Shown: piece after piece, positions 1-10,458 of the stretch
Position numbering within the stretch: position 1 is the stretch's first letter
Layout: the number at the start of each line of letters is the position of its first letter
Assembly (NCBI RefSeq): GCF_018350175.1
Contig: NC_058368.1
Location: forward strand, 22,012,001 to 22,076,000
Length of the DNA stretch: 64,000 bases
Source of the DNA: Felis catus
Taxonomy: Eukaryota
Direction: 5' to 3'
Position numbers and translations under genes: made by a program
The notes under the pieces: generated by a model
The model's input: the letters and a program-made list of their open reading frames with translations, nothing else
Told to the model about the DNA's origin: nothing
Databases searched by the model: none

Positions 1-234
1 GTAAAGAAAACAACAAAGATTGGTATATATTTGTAAGGAATAAAATATATATAAGAAAAAAAGACATAACAATGCCTCTATCTTTTAAAATAGCATAAAC
101 TATTATAGAAACAAGAATACATATTAACTGGAAAAATGTGTAAAATATCAAAATTATGCAATTACAGAGAAATTAAGTATCACCCATATTTAAAATACTG
201 TCAATTAACATAAACTATCCCCATTTTTTTACTT

Positions 235-453
235 GTTTTTTAATTTTTTTTTTTTATGTTTATTTATTATTGAGAGACAGAGAGAGCATAAGCATGGGAG
301 GGGCAGAGACAGGAGGAGACACAGAATCAGAAGCAGGCTCCAGGCTCTGAGCTGTCAGCACAGAGCCCAACACAGGGCTTGAACTCATAAACCACGAGAT
401 TGTGACTGGAGCCAAAGTCGGACACTTAACCAACTGAGCCACTCAGGTGCCCC
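235..453 (-). mobile_element. Can-SINE (felid type)
   Basis: Reverse complement of ggggcacctgagtggctcag head, (CT)-rich segment and A tail. Confidence 0.9.
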
Positions 454-1357
454 ATTTACTTTTTTAACTTTTTAAATTTTTAATAGATACTTTATAAAAA
501 CTTTTAAAATGGGGATAATAGCATTAACTACCTCAAAGGCATGTTGTGAGGATAAGAGTTACTTAGAATGGTGCCTGGCACATACAAAGGACTCAATAAA
601 CACTAGCAATTATTATTATTCTTTCAGTATATATACTTTAAAAATAAATTTTGGATTTTAGTGTATACAATTTCTTAATAATCTTCTACTGGTAACATAT
701 CTTGCACTTTTCCCCCTCATTAATATTTTTCTATAATATGACTTTTAAGTGGCTGTATAATGTACTTTGGTCAATAAACCACATATTATAGTACACTCAA
801 AACTTTTAGTAATTAAATTTTAATAAATTATTAATTAGTACTGTACATAAACCTCTGTATTGGGGATTTAGATTATTTCCATTTTTTCAATATGATAAAT
901 GCTGGAATATACTTTATGCATATCTCTGATTATTTCCTCAAGAATACACTTAGAGATGGAACTACTAGGTCAAAAAGCGATCAATAATTCTCAGTCTCAG
1001 GATATTAATCAACATATGATAAATTCTGCTTCCACTCCCACACCAAGCCCAAATGTCAGATTTTTTAAAATTAAAAAATATAGTCATGCTAAAGACAAAA
1101 AGGGAATTTTCTATGGACCAAGTCTGTGAGACCTCCCTAGGGAAAAGAAACAGATGGGAAGCTGAAGAGATAATGCCAACCACCATCATAACACAGCAAA
1201 TCCTCTCAGAGAAGATGAATGTACAACCCAGAGTCATCAAATACCCAAGGAAAGCTACACCATCAAAAAGAGACTTAACAAGCCCACCGAAAGATGGGCC
1301 TATCGTCAAGAGGAAAACAGAGCATCCTGAAAATAATTTTAAAACAAATGTTATTAA

Positions 1358-1491
1358 GGCACCTGGGTGACTCAGTTTGTTAAGCATCATGATCTCATGG
1401 CTTGGGAGTTTGAGCCCCACTTCGGGTTCTGTGCAAACAGCTAAGAGCTTGGAGCCTGCTTCAGATTCTGTCTTGGTCTGTCTGTCTGTCC

Positions 1492-1557
<66 letters not shown>

Positions 1558-1802
1558 AATAAACATTAAAGGGGCACCTGGGAGGCTCAGTCAGTCAGTT
1601 GAGCGTCTGACTTCAGCTCAGGTCATGATCTCGTAGTTCTTGAGTTAGAGCCCTGCATCTGACTCTGTGCTGATAGCTCAGAGCCTAGAGCCTGCTTCGG
1701 ATTCTGTGTCTCCCTCTCTCACTGCCCTTCCCCTGCTCACACTCTGTCTTTCTCTCTCAAAAATAAACACAAAACAACTTTTTTAAAAATGTTAAAAAAA
1801 TT
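1358..1802 (+). mobile_element. Two tandem Can-SINEs (1358-1570, 1571-1800); the second appears inserted in the tail of the first
   Basis: Two ggcacctggg heads and a shared outer TSD aaatgttatt (1346, 1803). The first copy contains (TCTG)n(CT)n. Confidence 0.88.
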
Positions 1803-2774
1803 AAATGTTATTGCATTTAATGTCCTCAAAGAGCTAAAGAAGGAAATCTCATCCATGAAATAACACAATTTTGAAAAATAACCAATTAGGTATCTTGGAT
1901 ATAAAAATAGTTGTTGAATAAACTCAATAGATAATTGAATAACAGCATAAACTCAGATGAAGAGCCAGTAGTAAGCTGGAAGACTGAGTTGAGTAATTCA
2001 GAACGCAGAGGAAATAAGAGGAATAAAACAGAGAGAATGAAGAAGAGGCAATAATGACCAAGAATTTCTCAAAACTGGAAAACATACAAGCTCACTAAGG
2101 GTCCACTGGGTACCAAGCAGGATAAAATACACACTACTAGACAAACTGTGGATAAACTAAAATATCAAGAATAAAGGCAAAGTCTTAGAAGCTTCCAGAA
2201 AATCTAGATTATCTAAAAGAAACACATATCATACTGGTAATCAAACTTCTTACCAGAAATGTCAGAGGCAGTAAGTTAAGGCAAAATAAGTCTGAGCCCA
2301 GAATGCCATTTCACCCAAGCTATACTTCAACAGAGAAGGTTAAAAAAAGAGACTTTTATAGACATTCAAAAAGCCAAATAGAGACTCTCTGAAAGAAATA
2401 AAGAAGTACCATAGTTGATTAAAAAAACTAACCTAGACTGAGGTATAAGAAGCAATAATGAGCAAATGACTAAAACACATTAATGCTAAAGACAGATTAA
2501 AAACGGGTTTTAATAATAAGTGAAACAAAAATGATAGAAATAGCCATAGGAAGTTGTATTCTTTTATAGAAGGGGGGTGGGAGGGGATCACTGCAAAAGT
2601 AGAGAAAGTAAAGTAGAAGCATGTCAAGTTCTTCTTCATAGGGAGAATATTAATACTAATTAAATTTGGATCTTGTTAGGAAAATATAAATTTAAGAACT
2701 ATGCTGAAAATATAAAGGTAATATATATTTTTTATTATTTTTTTAAATAAACTCAAGACGGGTCAAAGAATTTA

Positions 2775-3520
2775 AATAAAAAAAAATTTTTTAATGTTTA
2801 TTTACTTTTGAGAGTGTGCGCGTGCCTGTGTGTGTGTGTGTGTGTGTGTAAGCAGGGCAGGGGCAGACAGAGAGGGAGACACAGAATTTGAAGCAGGCTT
2901 CAGGCTCTGAGCTGGCAGCACAGAGCCCAATGCGGGGCTCGAACTCACAAACTGCAAGATCATGACCTGAGTCTAAATTGGGCGCTCAACTGACTGAGCC
3001 ACCCAGGCACCCCTAGAGGTAATAATATATTTTAAAAAACATGTAGAACATAGAAAACTTGGGGCCAACCTCAATTAGAAAATGGAAATGGGAGGGGCGC
3101 CTGGGTGGCTCAGTTGGTTGAGCGTCGAACTTCAGCTCATGATCTCATGACTCATGGGTTTGAGCCCCATGTTGGGCTCTGAGCTGTCAGCCTGGAGCTG
3201 AAGCCTGGAGCCTGCTTCAGATTCTGTGTCTCCTTCTCTCTCTGCCCCTTCCTGGCTCTCCCTCTCTCTCTCAAAAATAGACAAACATTAAAAAAAAAAA
3301 AAAAAAACGAAATGGAGGGGCACCTGGGTGGCTCAGTCGGTTAAGCGTCTGACTTCAGCTCAGGTCATGATCTCCCAGTTTGTGGGTTCGAGTCCTGCAT
3401 CTGGCTCTGTGCAAATAGCTCAGAGCCTGGAGCCTGCTTCAGATTCTGTGTCTCCCTCTCTCTCCTCCTCCCCCACTCACGTGCGCTCTCTCAAAAATAA
3501 ACATTAAAAAAATTTTTTTA
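2775..3520. mobile_element. Three Can-SINEs: 2775-3013 (-), 3094-3307 (+), 3317-3520 (+)
   Basis: Canonical heads and tails. aaatgga is repeated at the junctions of the + strand copies. Confidence 0.88.
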
Positions 3521-3698
3521 AAATAGAAATGGAAAAATAAGATATAAAAGATGCAAAGAGAAGTACTGTAAATAAGAGGACAAGAAAAAGGCCAAATTGT
3601 TAATCACAAAAAAGGTGACTGTGTTAATCTTACTTACTAAAGGACTCTCAAACTGGATTGTAAGCAAAGCCTAGTTATATTTTAAAATAAGAGACCCA

Positions 3699-3919
3699 GG
3701 GGCGCCTGGGTGGCGCAGTCGGTTAAGTGTCCGACTTTAGCCAGGTCACGATCTCGCGGTCCGGGAGTTCGAGCCCCGCGTCAGGCTCTGGGCTGATGGC
3801 TCAGAGCCTGGAGCCTGTTTCCCATTCTGTGTCTCCCTCTCTCTCTGCCCCTCCCCCGTTCATGCTCTGTCTCTCTCTGTCCCAAAAATAAATAAACGTT
3901 GAAAAAAAAATTTTTTTTT
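3699..3919 (+). mobile_element. Young SINEC_Fc-type Can-SINE
   Basis: CpG-rich head ggggcgcctgggtggcgcagtcgg...gccaggtcacgatctcgcggtcc, with TSD aaataagagaccca on both sides. Confidence 0.93.
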
Positions 3920-4074
3920 AAATAAGAGACCCACTTAAATTACACAAAATGTCATCAAAAGCTTGAAATAACACTATGTGAAAAAAGATACACCAGCAAA
4001 TTTAAGAAATATTCGTATCAAACAAAATAGAATTTAATATGAAAACCAATAGAAGAGACAAAGAGAAATATTTT

Positions 4075-4295
4075 TTTTAATTTTTTTTTCAACGTTTTTT
4101 ATTTATTTTTGGGACAGAGAGAGACAGAGCATGAACGGGGGAGGGGCAGAGAGAGAGGGAGACACAGAATTGGAAACAGGCTCCAGGCTCTGAGCCATCA
4201 GCTCAGAGCCTGATGCAGGGCTCGAACTCACGGACCGCGAGATCGTGACCTGGCTGAAGTTGGACGCTTAACCGACTGTGCCACCCAGGCGCCCC
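4075..4295 (-). mobile_element. Young SINEC_Fc-type Can-SINE
   Basis: Same diagnostic positions as 3699-3919, with TSD aaagagaaatatttt (4060, 4296). Confidence 0.93.
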
Positions 4296-5239
4296 AAAGA
4301 GAAATATTTTACACTGACAGAACAATTCACATGTGTATCTAACTGAAATTACTGACTTAATACCAAATAGGCTCAAGAAGCAGAAATCCCAGTTAGAGGC
4401 AAAAGTATAAAAAAGCTAAAACAACAGTGAAAGATCTTACCAGAGCTACACACCACGTATCTCTACCTCATCCCCATTATACTAGGTCTGTTAAGTTTTA
4501 TAGATATATTCTACAAAACTTTCAAGGAATGAATAATTTCTATCATATACGAACTGTTCCAGGGCAGGAAATATATGGGAAGCCATTTAACCTTTTTTTT
4601 TTTTTTTTTTTAACATTAGTATAACCTTGGCATGTAAGAAATTCAAGGTCAAAAGCACTTAGGGGTATAGAAGCAAATATAGTTAAGTAAAAATATACCC
4701 AGTAAAGTATATTACCAAAATAAAATTTATCCTAGGAATACCTAAAAAGTTTAACATTGGAAAGTTTATCAATGTAAATTCCTACATTATCATATGAATG
4801 GAAAAACCAACATCTGAGATGCAGAAAACAAAACAATTCAATGAAAGTCAGCAACTATTCTGGAGGCTGGGAGATGGGGGACTCTTAGCAAACTACCAAT
4901 AAAAGAGAACTTCTTTAGGCCGATAAATACTCTCTACTAAAACCTAGCAAGGAACATCATACTTAATGATTGATGAAACCTTAGAAGCATTTTTATTAAA
5001 GTTAGGCACAAGGATGAGGACACTTGCCACCACTGCTCTTATTCACTATTGTACTGATGTCTGTGACAAATGCAGAAGATAAAAAAACACCTAAAGATTT
5101 TAAAGGAAAACAAGATCTACCTGTAGAATAAACAAAAACAAAATAAAGTTAAAAGACAAGGAAAGAGCTGAGAGAAAAGACTTGTAATCTATTTTAACAA
5201 TAGTAACAAAAAGGGTACATAGCCAGAGACATTGAAGAA

Positions 5240-5954
5240 AATTTTATTTATTTTTTTAATGTTATTTATTTTTGAGAGAGAGAGAGAGAGAGAGAGTGAG
5301 AAGGCAAGTGGCAGAGAGAGAGGGAGACAGAACCCAAAGCAGGCTCCAGGCCCTGAGCTGGTCAGCACAGAGCCTGATGCAGGGCTCGAGCCATGAACCG
5401 TGAGATCATGACCTGAGCCAAAGTCAGAAGCTTAGTCGACTGAGCCACTCAGGTGCTCTGACACCGAAGAAATTTTTAAAAATTGTATAGGATACATGGT
5501 ATCTAGGACACATAAAGAACTCTTTAAACCATTAAGAAAAAGATGACTCAACAGAAAAATGGGTAATTTTTAAAATAAATTATAGAAATTTACATAAATT
5601 ATAGGTTAATAAACATGAATAGATACTGCAACCTTACTTAGTAATCAGAGAATGAAAACTTTTTTTAAAAAATGACTATTAATTTCACTCATCACATGGA
5701 CAAAAAGAAGACAGTATCTCGTGTTGTTCTAAAAAAAATTTTTTTAAATGTTTATTTTTGAGAGAGAGTGAGAAAAAGAGATGGACAAAGTATGACCAGG
5801 GAAGGGGCAGAGAGAAAGAAGAGAATCAGAAGCAGGCTCCAGGTTCTGAACTGTCATCAGCACAGAGCCTGATGAGGGCCTCGAACCCACGAACCCTGAG
5901 ATCATGACCTTAGCAGAAGTCAGACACTCAACTGACTGAGCCACCCAGGCACCC
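5240..5954 (-). mobile_element. Two Can-SINEs (5240-5460, 5730-5954)
   Basis: Reverse-complement SINE bodies. The first has TSD-like gacattgaagaaa / gacaccgaagaaa. Confidence 0.87.
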
Positions 5955-7334
5955 CATGGTGTTGGTCTAGACTGTAGGAAAATTGAACTTTCAAAACCTT
6001 TTTTGGGATGTGTAAATTAGTAGAGGTATTTTGAAGACAAATTTGTCAAGACCAATTAAAATTAAAAATGTTCATAACTTAAAACCAAGCAATCCCACTT
6101 TTAGGTACATATCCTTGAGAAATAGCACATGTACACAAGATAATACATACCAGGATTTCCCTGCAGCATTGTCTATAAGGTGAAAAACTGGGAACAACCA
6201 ATGTCCATCAAAAAGAGAATGGCAAATAAAATGTGCTATATAGTACCTATCAAACAAGATATGACTTAATATAAAAAACCAGTAAGAGACAAAAATAAAT
6301 ATTTTACATTAACAGAACAATTCAGCCATACACTAAAACACTACCCAGCATGCATAAAAAATGAGGCATAAATTATAAGCTACAAATAACGTGTATAGAC
6401 TTCAAAAACACTGTCAAATGAATAAAGCTACAAAATGATAGAGTATGCCACTATCACCATTTTTGAAAAACTACAAATGCATACATGAACGTATAGAGAA
6501 TATTAAGTAAAAAAAAAAGACTTGAAGGTTCTGCACCAAAGTGTTTAGTATGGGGTAGTGAAGGGAAACTCGGGGATTGTGCTATCTGTAAGGTTCTAAT
6601 TTTGCAAAAGGAGAATGTTAATAGTGTACTTAATGTAAAACTTAAGTATAAAAGTCCGTTTTACAGGCTTTTGGAGCACACTGCCAAACTGCTCTCTAAA
6701 AAGGTTCTACCAACTCCTATTTCCACCTACAGTACACAAGCAGACTAAAAGTTTTTTAAAGAAAAGCTCTCACCGCTGTTGTTCATACCCTGTGAAATTT
6801 TAAAAATTACTGAACAGTAAAGCATGTTTAGTGAAGAAAATTTGCAAAATATAACACATAAAGAAGAAAAGTTAAATCACTCTATTTCGCTTCAACTTAT
6901 GGTTGCCTTGGTTTTGAAAAAGAGGCTGTTTATGAAACTGTGACCATTTCCTCTCTATTTCTCATTTCTTAATTATGATGACGGTAATAAAGTTTATTGA
7001 GTATAAACCATGTGTCAGGCACACTTCTACATACTTGACTTAATAATCTGCGTAACAATCAGGAGAGAAAACCAGCATGCACGTTTTTGAAGAGGATGCT
7101 AAAGTGTGTCATACGGTGACAGCGACAAAAAATAAGGAGCCAGGCAGGATGATTTCAGAGCCTGGTTGTTTTTTTTGTTTTTTTGATTATTCCACTCTAC
7201 CTTTTGGAAGTTACCTCTTTGCCTCATACAGAACTCACTGCAGGTTTCCACATAATGAGGAGCACAGTTCATTAGCCACTGTTCCTTATTTTACTTAATG
7301 GGTGATTACTTATTGGGTTGTGGTTGATGAGAGT

Positions 7335-7430
7335 CAGGTGCCTTTAGGATCTGATCTCAATTACGTGATCTTGGACAAATGATTTCTACTTATTTAGGGC
7401 TCGTGTAAGTCTTACCTGTGAAATGGGTCA
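7335..7430 (+). mobile_element. MIR fragment overlapping the SETDB2 exon 1 donor
   Basis: gtgatcttggacaaatgattt...cttacctgtgaaatggg resembles the MIR core gtgaccttgggcaagttactt...ctcatctgtaaaatggg. Confidence 0.62.
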
Positions 7431-7945
7431 GTGGTTAAACCTTCATATTCTGCTTCTGGATTTTACACTGCAGTCCATTTTTCTGCAGTCCCTTTTACAG
7501 CCTCTGGTTCCCAGCTGCTTAGGAGTCACCTCACATTTAAGGTGTGCACTCGGAGACAGAAACTGAAATGGGGGTTGAGAACTCAAAATGCCCGCGGTCC
7601 CTTCTACAGCCTGGGACCGCAGGTGGGTAAAAGAAAAAAGGAGGTTGCAAGGGCTGGGGTCCACTCGGCCGAGGGTTCCGCCGCGTTCCCAGGTCTCAGG
7701 CCAAAGGAGCTGTCAGGGGGCCACCCAAGGCCGTGCCTCGGCTCCACTGCTTTATTCCGCCCGCCAGACCTGAAGGCTGCACTGGGCCCGCTCCGTTGGC
7801 GAGGCTGGGTTTCCCCGCGGGTCGGGCTGTTCTCCGACTCCACGCCACCAAATCCCACGACCCCAGATGCTCCCAAGCCAGGAAGTACTTCACCATTTAC
7901 TAGACCTCACCTCTGCAACAACTGTCCCGCCTCGCCTCAGGCGGG
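7416..7945 (-). other. SETDB2: SETDB2 non-coding exon 1 (start approximate)
   Basis: Minus-strand donor CAG|GTAAGA with last exon base 7416 (+ strand cttacctgtgaaatggg). The reverse complement closely resembles the human SETDB2 5'UTR as I recall it, and synteny with CAB39L fits. No SETDB2 coding sequence lies in the window. Confidence 0.75.
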
Positions 7946-8500
7946 AAAGGAGGACCGCCCAATCTCTTTCGTCCAGGCCTTCCTAACGCTAATCCCAAAA
8001 GGGAGGAGTCGTTCACCGAAAGCTCCCCCTACTCGGCCAGGAGCCCATTGGTTGGACACCCTACTGGGTCCACACCTCTGAGGATCCGCGCGCTTATCGC
8101 CGGCAGCGCGGCGGCGCCGAATCGCGCCGCCTCCGGATTGGCTGTCAGCGCTCTCGGCTTGTCTCGCGCTCTCTGGCTGGGCCAATGAGGATATCTGCAG
8201 TCGAGAGGCCAGCATCGTTGGAGTGGTGGCGCAGCTGTTTCCTCCGGTAGGTGTTCCGCTGCCATCTTGTGTGTGGCTAGGACTGGGCTTCTTGGAGGTT
8301 GGAAACTTAGTTAGCGGCTCCAGGTGTGGAGGGGTCCTGAGGGAGCAATGGAGGCGAAGAGCGGTCGGAGGGAATACACCTGGTGCCTTCCTCACTTACC
8401 TGAAATGGAGAGGTTTTCTTGGGCTGAGTCTCAGCCCTGGCTAGAGAGAGTGATGAATGGTGGTTCTGGTGGGGCGGGGGAGATCCCAAGCTTTGGTTTC
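7550..8500. promoter_or_regulatory. CpG island / bidirectional promoter shared by CAB39L (+) and SETDB2 (-)
   Basis: Only GC- and CpG-rich non-repeat stretch in an AT-rich window. Motifs: CCAAT 7959, ATTGG 8047, ATTGG 8137, CCAAT 8182; GC box CCGCCC 7955; E2F-like GGCGGGAAA 7940; ETS CAGGAAGT 7879; YY1 GCCATCTT 8261. No TATA box seen. CAB39L and SETDB2 are head-to-head in mammals (established). Confidence 0.88.
8200..8246 (+). other. CAB39L: Candidate CAB39L non-coding exon 1 (TSS approximate)
   Basis: Lies just downstream of the 8182 CCAAT box, with donor CCG|GTAGGT at 8246/8247. A weaker alternative donor CAG|GTGTGG is at 8323/8324. Confidence 0.5.
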
Positions 8501-10188
8501 TTCGTCATTGTGAGGGCTCTGCTGCCTTAACACTGATTCCTTGGGTGCCAGAGAGCTACACCCATAATCTTTGTCTCGGAAGACTGACCATCAACTCTCC
8601 TAAGGAGGTTGTCTGATGGATTGATTCAGAAAGGAAGAAGGCTGGTTATTAATAGAAGGGGAAAGAGGGAGATGCCTCACCACTATCCTCAGGTTAGCAA
8701 GAGACATCTTTATTGTCTGTCGTTTGCGAGGGAGTGACTGCTAAAGTGTTGGTTCTTGTCATTAGTTACCCTCTGACTAAGGCCATCCTTTGGTAATAGT
8801 AGGCGTCTAGTTCTGCGTTTGGGCAGTTTTATATATTGGTATGCAGCCAGCATTCCTGCAGTGGTCTTTTTTTAAATCTAGAAAGTGGTGGTCTTTGCAG
8901 AAACAGGGGAAGTGAAGGAAGAACTTTGGTAAATCTTTGTTTCGCTGGTTACGATCTGTTGAAGCTTTAGGAATTTCTTGGTCTGCCTTGACTTGCTTGG
9001 TTGCTTTGTCAGGGACAAGGAGGCGTTTGTAAGGAAAAGCACCTTCTGAGCTCTTTATGGGGTGGGAGGAAGAAAAGAATTACCTCCTTTTCTTGCTCTT
9101 TTTTTGTTTTTTTTTTTAATCGAAGTAGAAAGCACGCATTAGCTTTCATTTTGGGGGAAAATTTATCAGATCTGAAAACCTAGCCGATAAAAGGCTAATA
9201 TTTTTGATGAGAAGTTTTGACATGCATTAGACCAAAGCAGAGATACTTGCCTTGTTGCCTTGGGTTTAGTTTTACAGTTACCCAAGGTTAACTGATGACT
9301 CAACCTAGTCAACAGCAGTAAAACAATGGAATGATTAAAAAACTAATTTTCTTTTTAAGATTTTCTTTTTAAATCTTAAGAAGCCTAAGTTTCAAGAGTT
9401 CAATAATTTAGTGTTGAGTTGATGGCTAAGGTACTTGTTAATACCAGCTATCATAAAGTAGCTAAGAAAGATCAGTGGCTAAAAAACATAAAGAGCACGT
9501 AATGGCAGCTCAGTACTTGTTTGCCGAAATTTTTGTATAGCATTCTCATGTAATAGCATCTGATATATGTTCAGAAGTATAATTGTTGAATGAATAAATA
9601 AAATAATGCAGTAATTGGAAGGTGTGGACATACATTTCTTTTTAGCCTAACAAAAATAATTTTTTAACCTGCTTTCTAGAATACTTGATTGTCAGTTCTC
9701 TGAACTAAATTTATTTGTTGCTTCCAGTTTATGCATACAAATAATGTTATGGAGAGGTTCATAATCCTTTTTTGTGAGGTCTTTTTATGAAATCTTAATA
9801 CAGAGAAATTTAGAAATGAAGATGAGCCCTTAAGTAATAATGCTCTATTTGCCATTTTTTTTGAAAGCAGTTTCAGTAAATGAATACCAAACTTACCAGT
9901 GCTTTAGATCTCTTCTGCTTAAGAATTTCTAGTTTCTTTTTACCACTGCTTAAAGTCAAAATACTGCACCTGTAAGTTTATTTTATTGCTTGATATGTTC
10001 TGTAATTTTTAAATAATAAACTAGGGAAGTATGAGATTTTTCTTTGAAGAATACAGTTCTCTAAATTTCATAATGTATAATTTGAAGATCCTTACAGATT
10101 TTTTAAATAGTACTTTTGCATGAACAATGCTAAGTGATTTTAAGTACAAGTGATTTAACTTCCATTGGTATGTTAAGGATTATTTTTC

Positions 10189-10410
10189 GGGGCGCCTGGG
10201 TGGCTCAGTCGTCTGACTTCGGCTCAGGTCATGTCTTGCAGTTTGTGAGTTCCAGCCCTACATTGGGCTCTGTGCTGACAGCTCAGAGCCTGGAGCTTGC
10301 TTCGGATTCTGTGTCTCCCCCTCTTTCTGACCCTCCCATGCTCATGCTCTCTCTTTCAATAATAAATAAACATTAAATTTTTTTTAAAAAAGGATTTTCA
10401 TTGCAATCTC

Positions 10411-10458
<48 letters not shown>

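Larger units (their letters stand above)
1800..6650 (+). mobile_element. Fragmented ancient L1 (L1M-type) remnants interrupted by SINEs
   Basis: A-rich L1-like segments, e.g. gagatgcagaaaa...ttcaatgaaagtcagca (4817), catcatacttaatg (4956) and 3'-end-like agcaatcccacttttaggtacatatcc...aatgtccatcaa (6088-6212). Confidence 0.65.
1..7415 (-). other. SETDB2: SETDB2 intron 1
   Basis: Repeat-rich sequence downstream of the minus-strand donor. Positions 1-20 read tctttgttgttttctttac on the minus strand, which looks like a polypyrimidine tract cut just before its AG. Confidence 0.65.

Noticed and set aside
965..1420. 151-aa and 105-aa ORFs
   Set aside because: They span L1-like remnant and SINE sequence in an intron, with no recognisable product or splice support.
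3699..3780. tRNA-like A/B box sequence
   Set aside because: It is the tRNA-derived head of a Can-SINE, with no independent tRNA gene.
7431..8395. Long ORFs over the CpG island (216 aa on +, 152 aa on -, and others)
   Set aside because: Several use non-ATG starts, they overlap on both strands and resemble no protein I recognise. Stop-codon depletion is expected in GC-rich promoter DNA.
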